A stretch of 64,000 bases of DNA. It comes from Haliotis rufescens (Eukaryota). The notes beneath the pieces are model-generated. The model saw only the letters and a program-made list of their open reading frames with translations. It made no database searches and was not told the DNA's origin. Shown one piece after another: positions 25,213 to 37,846 of this stretch. The position numbers and the translations under genes were made by a program. The stretch spans positions 27,590,001 to 27,654,000 of the forward strand of contig NW_025963857.1 in NCBI RefSeq assembly GCF_023055435.1, in the 5' to 3' direction. Position 1 is the stretch's first letter; the number at the start of each line of letters is the position of its first letter.

Positions 25213-25642
25213 CTGAAATAAAATGTGTAGCTATAGTGAGTGAGTATTTTTTTTACGCCCCTTTATGCAATATTCCAGCAATATCACGGCGGGGGTCACC
25301 AGAAATGGGCTAAACATCGGCGTAGCTGTAGTAATGTGCAGAAAATACTGTTGTAATATGGCTATTTTTGATAATACTTATACCGTTACTGCTTCCATGA
25401 CACAAATGTCCCTTATTAAATGGTTTGAATCATACTTTTCGTTTTCACTTTTGGCATAACGACTAATCGGATGGCCATAGCATTATATAAAGAAGGTTAA
25501 GAATGCCAGATATACAAGGAACTGTTTGTCGCAGATACCAACAAATCCTAATCTTCTTATGTACAAGGAATTCCTTAATCATCGGTGAGAGTTCCGCCTT
25601 TTGTATAACATTCAGTTGTATTTATAGACCGATTTACCCTTG

Positions 25643-25902
25643 TTAGTTTGTTTGATTTTTGTTTGTTGTTTAACACCGCACATAGCATAATTCCAGCTAT
25701 ACGACGGCGGTCTGGACCAGACAATCCAGTGACTGCCATCGTGAGCATCGATCTACGCAATTGTGATACGATGACATGCATTAACCAAGTCAGCGAGCCT
25801 GACCACCGATCCAGTTAGTCGCCTCTTACGACAAGCAAAGTCGCCTCTTATAAGAAAGCATGGGTTGCTGAACACACATTATAAACCGGATCTTCACGGG
25901 TC
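25643..25902 (-). mobile_element. SINE-like family 2
   Basis: Diverged full-length copy with the same 5' start GACCCGTG at 25902. Confidence 0.85.
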
Positions 25903-27052
25903 CTTGAAATAAATCAGTTTCATAGCGTGACCATTTTTTATCATCCTGGTATAAGAAAAAAACCCATACTGATAGAATAGATAGAACGACTCGTATAAAG
26001 AATTGGGCGGCTATCATCGAATACAGCAAATATGTTAGAGACTACTGGCGTATCTCTGCATTTACAAAAAGAGGAACAATGAGAAATAACAGGCATAATT
26101 AATCATGTGTATTCTTGCAGACTGGTTTCTAGAGGTGTTTAATGTTGAACACGACGTTAAACCCCATTTCATATTACCTCTGGAGGCTTTCACAGTGAAC
26201 TGTTTGATCAACTAGATATAAATTCATAATAAATCATGCATATTTTTGCTGTTTCCCCAAAATTTACAGACTGTAAATTTGTAGGCGTTTTATCAAATAT
26301 TGTAAGGCTTAAAATAAGAGGTGGGCTAACACCTTGTTGAACATGATTTCAGTTATACAACAGCTTGTCAGCTTTGGGGTAGAAAAGTCCAAAATGACGC
26401 AGGTCGAAAAAGGTTGACACCCACCAGTACGGGCATGGCCCTGACAAACCAAAAATCACGATCAAGACAAATCTCTTCACAACAAACTGCGGCTCATTAG
26501 ACTTATCCTATGATTCACGAGGTTGTATAGACAATAGTTGGTTAATAAGAAATGATACCGTTGGGTGTGTTGTATGCACTGTTTTCATTCTTTTAAAATT
26601 AAAACTAAATTTAAAGGGATGCTCCAAACGCTGCCTGAGCCATAATCATGATAATCAGAAGATTTAGGATAAGTACTTGCATAACCTGGCCAGGTGATCA
26701 CTAACATACGTTGTAAAGTTTGTCTTTTGCATTCAGCATATTGTAAAGTTTGTCTTTTGCATTCAGCATATTGATCTGCTTATCTTATTTCTTTGCATAA
26801 TGATGATGTCCGATGCAATTCTCTATTTTGACTTGTACCTTATGTTCCCGTTTTTTGTCGGTTTTTCTTTGAAGTAATTGACCTAGCAATATCTGTTTGT
26901 CGAAATACATGACTAAGTCTATTCAAAACCAACTGGTACATTTATTAAATATAGAAATTCATAATCCCTGCTAAATTATGCCTTCTGGTATGCTTAAGTG
27001 GTCAGTGTGTCGGATGTTTCCAATATAAACTGTTTGATTGGCATTTTTTGGA

Positions 27053-27324
27053 TTGGTTGGTTGGTTGGTTTGTTGTTAAACGCCGCACTCAGCAATATCC
27101 CAGCTATATGACGGCGGTCTGTAAATAATCGAGTCTGGACCAGACAATCCAGTGATTTACATCATGAACATCAATCCACGCAATTCGGATCGATGACTTA
27201 CGACAACCAAGTCAGCGAGACTGACCACCCGATCCCGTAAGTCGCCTCTTACGACAAGCATAGTCGCCTTCTACGGCAAGCATGGGTTGTTGAAGACCTA
27301 TTCTACCCCGGACCTTCACGGGTC
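27053..27324 (-). mobile_element. SINE-like family 2
   Basis: Full-length copy with 5' start GACCCGTG at 27324. Confidence 0.88.
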
Positions 27325-27613
27325 ATTTTTTAGAATTTGGTAAGTAACAGTGAAGACAAGATAATTTATTGATGACAACTTCTTTATTCTATTATGATGT
27401 GACGTTTCGGTATAGATCCTCACATTTGATCGCCACGTCTCCTTGTAGACGGCGTTTGAACTATTTGATTGGCACTTTTTAGATGAGGTGAATCGGACCC
27501 GACCTTCAGCTTGAAGAGTGAACGCTATAACCAATATGCTACCCACCTCCCCTTATTAAAAGAATAAGTAGAAAGTGTTAAATTGACAGTCCTATGGCCG
27601 AATAAACACTTAC

Positions 27614-27887
27614 CTTTGGTTGCATTTTTTAGAGCAGTGACTAAAGCTCTGAGTTCATAAAGTTCTGATACATAGGTCTCCAAAGCACCCTTGAGTTCCT
27701 GTCGCTGATGAACTTCCTGGAGGATTTCTCTCTTGAGGGCAGTGATATCGGACGCACAGGAACAGTTATTGGATCCGGCTGCCCATGCGTTATATCTTGT
27801 GGGGATGGCTGCAGCCTTTTCAACCTTATGCGCAGATGATACATAAACTATAATGCTTAAGAGCACTAACGCCGTTTCACGAGTCAT
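27614..27887 (-). CDS. C1q-domain-containing protein 2, exon 1 (signal peptide, CSC motif, coiled coil)
   Basis: MTRETALVLLSIIVYVSSA signal peptide, then NNCSCASDITALKREIL... 274 nt, donor GTAAGT at 27613 (phase 1). TATAAAA at 27941-27935. Confidence 0.88.
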
Positions 27888-30518
27888 TTTGATAGAGGTG
27901 TTCTGCAGAGTGGTGTTCTGAGTCCGTGCTTGTCTTTTATACCTGCGTGCAATACGACCTTCCTCACGCCGCCCATGTCAGACTTTTTGAGTCAATATGA
28001 AACGTTGAGACAACAAACATGCCCCGCGAGCCAAGTTAGGGAGGATCACTTTGCCTGCCAACACAATAGCCTCAACAAATAACAAGTCCTCCATCTTCAA
28101 TTTGTCAAATATTTGTGTTCTTGCTTCTTCCAGCACGCCCCGCGCTTCTGACATTGACTGGCAAGGGGATGTGTACCTCTTAACATAGGAACCCATTCAA
28201 AACAGGATTATGATAATTCTGGGTGATAAGCTAGTCAAATTCGTTCGTAAAACCTAAACTATATCTGGGCCAAACAGGAAGCGATTCAAAATATGAAATT
28301 CCTGTTTTCCTCGGACAATGGTCTTTTCCCCCCGAGAACAAAACCTCATGTGTTTTGGGTGCAAAACAATTCACCACGCCCATCTCTTGATGCTCAACAC
28401 AAGATAACATGACAATGCAACTTTAAATGGTACTTTATTGCCAAGTTACACCAAGAAATTGAGTTTTTTCTTATATACTCACAACTTTTTGACAGAAACA
28501 AACAACCTCAGTTTGCTATGGGTTTAAGATTTGTGATTCTGACAAACATGAAGAATGTTTTCTAGATTAGCCGATTTCCCAACTAATGTACCTATTTTTC
28601 CAAACGGTGCAATTATATATCTACATAAAAGCGGAAAAACCCTTTTGTTAATCATAAAATATATATAAAACATTAACGCCAGAGAATTCTCACCTCGATT
28701 ATCTACCTTTGGGCGTAAAAGGCAAAATAGCGCTAAGAATTATTGAAATGTATCACTGAAAATCAGTGATGACACGAGGTGTTCGCGAAAAGGGCAAGCA
28801 TATCCTGCCCTACCGGTAACACCCGTCACTCGCACAATTTGCATAAAAAAGTAAGTGTTTGTTTGTTGCCCGACACCGCAGACAAGAAATATGTGCTAAA
28901 AGCAAAATCGATTGTACGATTTCGATTATTTAATAAGCACGTGTCTATGATCACTGTTAAATATTGATGGTGTTCGCGAAAAGGTGAAAATGTAAACACA
29001 ACCTTAGAGAGCCTATCCAAATGTACAATTTAAAAATAACATAATTACTGAGTCTTTGAAAGACATTTAGAAGTTACTACCATAAAAATCTGATATTTTG
29101 TATTCTACTTTTCTCAACATGAATGGACGAAATATACTGTGTAAATGCGCGCTAGACGAAATAAATACTGATTGTATTGAAAACTTAATAGTTAAGTAAC
29201 ATGAATCGGTAAACAATTCAAATATTCTAGTATTTGAGAGAAAAGAATTTACATTACTTTGAGGTGCTTTGTCGAAGAACTATGTCATTGATGTAATACT
29301 TCACAAGTCACTGTCACTCCTAATACCAATGTTGTTATGACCCAATTGACAGAATTCGTGTGGTTTGGTGAGCACACATTTACATATTTTGTAGGAAGAC
29401 AAATGTTGTCAACACACTGTGTCCTTGTGGTGCAAAAACACATTTAGTAAACAACTTGAGTCAAATGATATAACCTTTTCCTTGGAAACTTTATCGTAGG
29501 TTAATGCGGATTTAGTAAACCCACAATAATGTATTATTTTACTTTGTCATTTGACCACATGACCCTTTTGCAATAAGCATATATGGATATGTTCCCTAAC
29601 ATTTCTATTTTATCGGACAGACTGTTTCCGATATTAGCAAATTGTTTTTCAAACCAGAATTGACTTGTGAATGAAAGTTTTGTGGGAATCGATATGCTGG
29701 GTGTTAATCAATAACCACTTCAGTGATCTCCTGACGGTTGTTGAACGTTGCCCTGACAGAATCATTAAACGTATGGATGTCATCGGGCTGTGTCGATTAT
29801 GATCAAAGTAATTATCGATTATGACCTAATTAAGTATCGATTATGATCAAAGTAAGTATCGATTATGGACCGGATAAACATGAGTAGGAGAGTGCGATGA
29901 TACACCAACGACATTACGACAATGGGCTCAGAGGTCTTCTTTCCTTACATCCTCACGGGATTACCTACCACTCAAAGCGTCGTTACTTATTTAAATGTTC
30001 ATATTGTGGATGTCACTATGGGGAGTATGGGAGAATCCATCACGTACACATTATCAGGTATGACTAGAATAATCAGTTTGAGAATTCACACAAAAATTCA
30101 TGCCCCGGTAAAAAGCAATAGGTATATTTAACCATGCAGTATGTTGGAGTAACATTTTTATAATTAGGTTTCCATCCAAACCATGAGTTCCGAGACCAAT
30201 AAAGTGTACATTAATGCTTCGGTATGACGTCCTTCTCCATGTCAAAAACATGTTTTCAGTCATGTGTGTTTTGCCTTCCCTCTGGTCACTACAGGTGAGA
30301 TATTTCTGTCTCTTTGCTGAGCATCTTTACTTTATTATAGACGTGCTGAGTCAGCAGTTATCGACCCATGTTATTTGTTTCCGGTATGCATGAATGGATG
30401 AAAGTATTTTGTGCAGGTATGCTGGGCGCTAGTGACATTTTATCACAACACTACTTCAAAGATGATGATACATTCCAACAAGAAGCTATTTCTCACCATA
30501 AGAAGGTGATGTAACCAC

Positions 30519-30690
30519 NNNNNNNNNNNNNNNNNNNNNNNNNNNNNNNNNNNNNNNNNNNNNNNNNNNNNNNNNNNNNNNNNNNNNNNNNNNNNNNNNN
30601 NNNNNNNNNNNNNNNNNNNNNNNNNNNNNNNNNNNNNNNNNNNNNNNNNNNNNNNNNNNNNNNNNNNNNNNNNNNNNNNNNNNNNNNNNN
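30519..30690. other. Assembly gap
   Basis: 172 consecutive N. Confidence 1.
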
Positions 30691-32857
30691 ACAAAGAAAA
30701 GTAATAAATATGCTTGATATCTGTTTACTGTGACAAAAATACTGTTTCCTGTTATATAATTATTTTTTAATTACCCGTGGCACACTGACAGGAATATGTT
30801 TAAAGAGCTTTTAGTACAATGTTCAGTGTATGTGTATGAATATCAATGTGTATATGAAATTATATATGTAAATGAATATGTATATGGATTCAAATATGTA
30901 TATATAATTAAATTGTCGCTGTGTTCAATTAAATTCCTGCATTCTGATTAGCTGAATTGGTCACGTGGTATTGCATTCATTTCCCAATGAATGTAAAAAA
31001 TTAAGCCACGCCCACCGAGGCGCACTACTTTTATTACTGCGGAATGTCTGGGAATCCCAATATAATTGCATGACGATACGCGTGAGCAGAAAGGGAATTC
31101 CGTCGACTGTAATATGATATTGCAGTTGAGAGAATTCCCTTTCTGTTCACGTGTATCGTCATGTACAGAACATTCAGCGACATTCATGCATATTCATTGT
31201 CCAAACTACCCTTTGAAACCGAAGGCCGAGATAGAATGAAACAGCAAACGTGCAGGCTCGCTCGCCTGTTTTTTCCCGCTCGCCTCGGTTTAAGAACTTT
31301 CATGTCTTCGGGTTTCATTTCTAACTAGCATTTTTCAGGGAACTAATGTTTGAATCTGGCGGTAACTGACCATGTCATTTGAAACAGCCGCCTTCTGGAC
31401 ATATTTCTTCCGATTTCTTCCGGTTCTCGCCTCTTGCCTTAATTGACAGGTCCTATGAACATTATTTGATCCTACTCTCCGTTGATTGGCTACTGACTTT
31501 GTAGGCGTGTCAAGTTATGTGCATAAATTAAACGAACACCTGATTCATGTCACGCCACAGTATGTATTCCTACACCTGGAATGTTTATCAATCTCGTCTT
31601 TTTTGTCAGTTTTGATATATACAACAGTTTTTGGTTAAACTATCGTAGATTAAACATGTTTTACGTTGTAGAATTTAATTATAAGCATTGACTGTGTATT
31701 TTCTTCAGTTCATACAGTTTGCACATAGGTTTTTCGATTCATACCTCAGTGAACCTAAACAAATACACAGTCAATCCTTAACTGTATATTATATTATATG
31801 TAATATCTATATGTATATTGCATTTGTGTGTATATATGCATATGCACATTTGTATGTATGTATGTATGTATGTATGTATGTATGAATATGAATATGAATA
31901 TGAATATGAATTTGATTTCATATTCATACATGCATATACGCATGCTGAATATCATTTAGAAACATAAAACACATAGTGAGGGTGTATTTCACGTATGATG
32001 TACGCACATACACTTGAAAGTTGGATTTGGCTCAAAGTCACAAACATTTTCAAAACGTTATTAGGCTGAAAACAATCGCCGAAACACTGCAAACTGAAGA
32101 TCCAAAACATAACTATTAAGCCAGTATCAAATACATCACCATCGAATAACCAATTTGTTTGTTTCATTGTAAGACACCATCATTTTGCCCGGCAATTTAA
32201 TTGCCAAGAAATTCAAACGATTCATATACATTCATGAAATATGAAATGAAAATGATTAAATTATGTTGGACAAACAGTTCCCATGTATATGGATCATGAC
32301 GATACAGTCGTCTAAGGAGTCATACAGAAGTAAGTTACTTGAATAAGCTTGTTCCAGGAACTATTTTTCACCATGAATTTGGAAAATACTCTGGTTTCAA
32401 ATCACAAAAGCCATCTCTGATTTGACGGCCGCTTCTCCACGAATGTTAATATGCTACTCCTCTTTTGATAGGGATATTGTTTTATCTTTCGATAATTAAT
32501 GCAAATAACTGATTCTTATATATTAAGTGTATCTTTAATTAACGTGACATATCTCATTATCAAAATAAGTGTAGTGTATCATGAAAAAAGTACGTCTTTT
32601 TCACTCAGTCATTGTCGGTACATATTTTGGAATCATGAAATCTACAAAATGCAGAGTTGCGGTTGCTACAATATTCAAAGAATGTATGGCAATGCTTTTT
32701 GGCAGAAGACATGATAGAAATCCACTGAGAGAAGGTATTTCAAATAATAGAGACAAAATTGCAAGGCTTGAATAATTTTTAATGATACACACTTGACTTA
32801 CGAAGTAGCTGGGATACACACTGTCAAAGATTAGCATCTACGCGGGCAAAGAATCTA

Positions 32858-33034
32858 CAGTAAACTACGGTTATAACGAACTCAAAGGGACTACTAATTT
32901 TAGTTCGTTTAAAACCGTAGTTCGTTATAAGCATATATATAGCATAACTACAGCAAATAGTCGGGACCAAAAAAGTAAGTTTGTTATATCCGTCAGTTAG
33001 TTATAAGCGTGGTCGTTATAACCGTAGTTTACTG
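32858..33034. mobile_element. Tc1/mariner-pogo-type MITE
   Basis: 22-bp perfect TIR cagtaaactacggttataacga and TA TSD. The paralogous receptor repeat unit has the empty site at ~35768. Confidence 0.9.
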
Positions 33035-33334
33035 TATATGTAAAAACAACATGTAAGCATATACATCACTATCCTTTGTTTACGGGCATATAATCGGTGC
33101 TTAGTTAATTCAGATCGACAGTGCACTCAAAAGCTTTGGGGTCAACCAAAACCACTTCACTCAATATCTTCTCAAACACCAACCAGCGTTTCGTGTTTTT
33201 AGGATAGAACTGAGATAAACATTTACATTTACCGTGTCGTTAATGTAAAAACTAGGTTACCTGTAGATTTGATAGCAGTAAGTTTACATCTAAAAACTCA
33301 TGATGCGCTTTCCGTTCCTCATTCTTTTCATCCT

Positions 33335-34450
33335 CTAAATGAACAAGATCAAGATGCTGCTACCAGCTATTGTCAGAGATACAACAAAAAATACACAGTC
33401 AAGTAAACGTTCCCAGTAACAGGCCTTGCACGATCCATAAGAGGGTTTTGTGTCCGAGGATGTTGTGTTGGTCTGGGCCTCCTCTTTCTGGTGATGAACC
33501 ACGAGCACAATGATAGAAGCAAAGATGGTGAGGAATCCTTGGATCTCGTTCATCAACAGGTACAGAGAGAGCCTGGATGTGCTGTCCGAAGTGGGCGGCA
33601 TGTTGCCGTGGATCAGACTCAGGAACATTGTATGAGAAACAAAGACAGCCATCAAGAAGCCAAGTTTCTCCCCAGACCGAGCTGGGATGAGAAACACGAA
33701 TGGGTTAAGGATGGACATGAGGCCCATGGGGAAGAGAAAGTTAATGAGATAGTAAACATATTTCCTTTCCAATGTGAACATGTATTCGGCAATTTCAAAT
33801 GTTTCTATTAATGAGAGGTACGCAGAAACTCTTCGAGTTTTCCATTCACCATTTTCACCCAAGAAATTTTTTCCTGGAATATCGTTGTCATCAATTGTAA
33901 TGTTAAGTGTGTATCCATAGGGAGGAGTGAAGAGCAGGGGACAGTGTTGAGTGTCGAAAGGAAATCGTGAAACGTCTATCTTACACACTGTCCGGAAAAC
34001 ATCGACAGTTTGCCATGTCACGTACCCGGAATGCATGACAAGAATAGGTATCTTTGTTTCCACTGGATTCATGTCTGATACACTGTTGCCAACAGATATA
34101 GTGGGTGTCCATATGTCGCCACTTCTTACCTCCATCAATCGGACATCTGAATGACTGTGAACATTCCAAGTGAGTCTCGAGTCAAGCCATCTTACCCTGA
34201 GATATCCAGTCACAGTCAACTCTTGGGTGACAGAGTTCAAGTCTAGGATCGTGACTGGGGTGAAGGACAGTGAAACGTCTACTGATTTCGAGTTTCCTTT
34301 GAACGGAGGAACAGCATTATCTTGTTGTGCAAGAAGATCCTTCCTCAAATGACTTAAAGAGTCTCTTGTTTCTGAATCTGCTTTCACGCCCATAAATACA
34401 AACAGGAGAAGGCATATTCTGACCATACCGATTCTCACGTAACGGTCCAT
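33335..34450 (-). CDS. Divergent nicotinic acetylcholine receptor-like Cys-loop channel subunit A (intronless CDS)
   Basis: 371 aa with a signal peptide, W.D.RL.W, IWTP, Cys-loop CKIDVSRFPFDTQHC, ENGEW, four TM helices and SGEK before M2. No vicinal Cys. Confidence 0.93.
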   Translation of the reverse strand: MDRYVRIGMVRICLLLFVFMGVKADSETRDSLSHLRKDLLAQQDNAVPPFKGNSKSVDVSLSFTPVTILDLNSVTQELTVTGYLRVRWLDSRLTWNVHSHSDVRLMEVRSGDIWTPTISVGNSVSDMNPVETKIPILVMHSGYVTWQTVDVFRTVCKIDVSRFPFDTQHCPLLFTPPYGYTLNITIDDNDIPGKNFLGENGEWKTRRVSAYLSLIETFEIAEYMFTLERKYVYYLINFLFPMGLMSILNPFVFLIPARSGEKLGFLMAVFVSHTMFLSLIHGNMPPTSDSTSRLSLYLLMNEIQGFLTIFASIIVLVVHHQKEEAQTNTTSSDTKPSYGSCKACYWERLLDCVFFVVSLTIAGSSILILFI

Positions 34451-36051
34451 ATTAAATCACTTCACTGCAATACAACATACAGCGTCAACGCTAGAGAATA
34501 ACCAGTTTCAATAATCTGGCATAACAGATTCCACTGTGCGCACAGCTCGTCCTTTATAACCCTCGTGAAACATTGCCACAAAACAGGCTTCAGGCACTGT
34601 TACAAAAGAGAGAGAGCAATTAAACCGTGTTTGGTCAACGATAACCATAACAGACTGTTCAGGAGCAATTTAATGAATGTATAGCAATACTTTAAGTAAT
34701 CCCAGTGGAATCTGCAGTGATCGCTGTGCACATTTGGTACGGATGGTCCAAGTCAATCAATATCCATTTAAACTGTATTTTGCTTTGTCATTTGCATCTA
34801 TGTGCATTTGGGAAAACAGCTTGTAAACGTTACATGTGTATTTGTGATAAAATCGTTATAATTGTGAGTTTAGAGTTGTCATGAAAGCTATGCATATACT
34901 GGATTTGTTTGCATGTGTGACATATATGTCATCTGGCTAATGTACAACATGAGGGAACAAAGAATCACTATGTAAAAGCATTCGACCTGCCAAACACGAT
35001 AAATGAACTATCTATGGTAATGTAATATGTTTAATAGTCTCCAAAGCATATGACATATAAACGTGCAGGTGCACATGAACACCACCTCAACAATAATAAT
35101 GATTCACATAGGATAATCTTCTTGATAATGTGAAGTGTGTTATTTTAGTTTGAGAATAATATAAATTTTATCCACTTAACATCATTCCAGCAATATCACA
35201 GAGGAAGGTAAAAGAAATGGGCTTCACACATTGTGCCCTTGTGAGGAATCGAGCCTGAGTCTTTGACATTACGCGCAATTGCGTTAAAGGCTGGAATATC
35301 CTACTGCTGTATATTTACATTAAGTATGTGAACATGACAATTGTCCATTTTAGCCAAAGTTGTAATGACACACCAACAGTGGTAGTAAACTGTTTGCTAT
35401 CATATGATCTAACCGAGATACAAGACAGTAACATATTGTCAGTACAGTAACAAACACCTGGCGTTTGTTCTATTACACCTCACTCAGCAGAATTCCAGCT
35501 ACATTCGAATTCCAACAAAATATCAAGTTTGGACCAGACAAACCAGTTCGTTGCCGGAGTATGTTGACAATCAATAGTCAGTGAGTCTGACCAATTCACC
35601 AGCTGATTCATGAAGACCTTGTGCGACGTGCATAGGGAATATTACTAAATAGCAAATATTAAGGACAACATTGCAATTCTTGCTTAATTTTTTAAGGATA
35701 CACACTTTGCTTACGGAGTAGCTGTGACACACACTGTCAATGATTATCATCTTTACTGGCAAAGAATACAAATGTAGAACCAATATACATCGCCATCCTT
35801 TGTACAAAAGCATTTAATTGGTGTTTAGTTAATTCATCGACAATCCACTCCAAACATTGGGGTCAACCAAACTGCTTCACTAAGACCTTTTACAAACACC
35901 AAACAGCGTTTGTGTTAGTATGATAGAATGGAGATAAACATACACATATCGTGTTTTCAAGGAAAAACTAGGTTACCTGTAGAATTATTCGTGCTAAATG
36001 TTACATCTTAAAAATCATGATGCGCGTTCCGTTCCTAATTCTTTTTATCCC

Positions 36052-37167
36052 TTAAATGAACAGGATCAAGATGCTGCCACCAGCTATTGTCAAAGATACG
36101 GCAAAAAATACACAGTCAAGTAAACGTTCCATGTTACAGGACTTGCATGGTCCAGAAAAGGGTTTTGTGTCCGAGGATGTTGTGTTAGTCTGGGCCTCCT
36201 CTTTCTGGTGATGAACCACAAGCACAATGATAGAAGCAAAGATGGTGAGGAATCCTTGGATCTCGTTCATCAACAGGTACAGAGACAGCGAGGATGTGCT
36301 GTCCGAAGTGGGTGGCATGTTGCCGTGGATCAGACTCAGGAACATTGTATGAGAAACAAAGACAGCCATCAAGAAGCCAAGTTTCTCCCCAGACCGAGCT
36401 GGGATGAGAAACACGAATGGGTTAAGGATGGACATGAGGCCCATGGGGAAGAGAAAGTTAATGAGATAGTAAACATATTTCCTTTCCAATGTGAGCATGT
36501 ATTCGGCAATTTCAAATTTTTCTATTAATGAGAGGAACGCAGAAACTCTTCGAGTTTTCCATTCACCATTTTCACCCAAGAAATTTTTTCCTGGAATATC
36601 GTCATCATCAATTGAAATGTTAAGTGTGTATCCATAGGAAGGAGTGAAGAGCAGGGGACAGTGTTGAGTGTCGAAAGGAAATCGTGAAACGTCTATCTTA
36701 CACACTGTCCGGAAAACATCGACAGTTTGCCATGTCACGTACCCGGAATGCATGACAACAATAGGTATCTTTGTTTCCACTGGATTCATGTCTGATACAC
36801 TGTTGCCAACAGATATAGTGGGTGTCCATATGTCGCCACTTCTTACCTCCATCAATCGGACATCTGAATGATTGTGAACATTCCAAGTGAGTCTCGAGTC
36901 AAGCCAGCTTACCTTGAGATATCCAGTCACAGACAACACTTGGGTGACTGAGTTCAAGTCTAGGATCGTGACCGGGGTGAAGGACAGTGAAACGTCTACT
37001 GATTTCGAGTTTCCTTTGAACGGAGGAACAGCATTATCTTGTTGTGCAAGAAGATCCTTCCTCAAATGACTTAAAGAGTCTCTTGTTTCTGAATCTGCTT
37101 TCGCACCCATAAATACAAACAGGAGAAGGCATATTCTGACCATACCGATTCTCACGTAACGGTCCAT
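36052..37167 (-). CDS. Divergent nAChR-like Cys-loop channel subunit B (intronless CDS)
   Basis: 371 aa, with 22 substitutions relative to subunit A by my count (~94% identical). Confidence 0.93.
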   Translation of the reverse strand: MDRYVRIGMVRICLLLFVFMGAKADSETRDSLSHLRKDLLAQQDNAVPPFKGNSKSVDVSLSFTPVTILDLNSVTQVLSVTGYLKVSWLDSRLTWNVHNHSDVRLMEVRSGDIWTPTISVGNSVSDMNPVETKIPIVVMHSGYVTWQTVDVFRTVCKIDVSRFPFDTQHCPLLFTPSYGYTLNISIDDDDIPGKNFLGENGEWKTRRVSAFLSLIEKFEIAEYMLTLERKYVYYLINFLFPMGLMSILNPFVFLIPARSGEKLGFLMAVFVSHTMFLSLIHGNMPPTSDSTSSLSLYLLMNEIQGFLTIFASIIVLVVHHQKEEAQTNTTSSDTKPFSGPCKSCNMERLLDCVFFAVSLTIAGGSILILFI

Positions 37168-37846
37168 ATTAAATCACTTCACTGCAATACAACATACAGT
37201 GTCAACGCTAGAGAATAACCAGTTTCGATAATCTGATGTAACAGATTCGACTGGGCGTAATAGGCAAGCTCGTCCTTTAAAGTCCTTGAAACACTGGCAT
37301 AATCCATTCTACAAGCACTGTTACAACGGAGAGGTCCGTGGAACCGTGTTAGGTCAATGGTAACCATAACAAACTGTCCAGAATCGATTTAATGAATCAA
37401 GAAAAATACTTTTAGGAATCCCAGTGGAATTTGAAGCGGACGCTGTATACATTTTGTACATATGGCCCCAGTCGATCGATATCCATCTGAAGGGTATTTT
37501 GCTTTGTCATTTGCATCTAAGTGCATTTGGGAAACCCGCTTGTAAATGTTACATGTGCATTTCTAATAAAATCGTTATAATTGTTTAGAGTTTAGAGTTG
37601 TCATGACAGCTATGCATATACTGGATTTGTTTGCATGTGTTGGACAGATATGTAATCTGGCTAATGTACAACGAGAGGAAACAAAAAATCACTGTGTAAA
37701 AGCATTGGATTTTGCAAACACAATAAATGAATTATCCATGGTAATATAATATGTACATAGTCTCCAACGCACATGACATATAAACGTGCAGGTGCACATG
37801 AACATCCACTCAACAATAATAAAGATTCACACAGAAGAATCTTCTT

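Noticed and set aside
30270-30518. Splice-like signals and a short open frame just before the gap
   Set aside because: No recognisable product, and the context is truncated by Ns.
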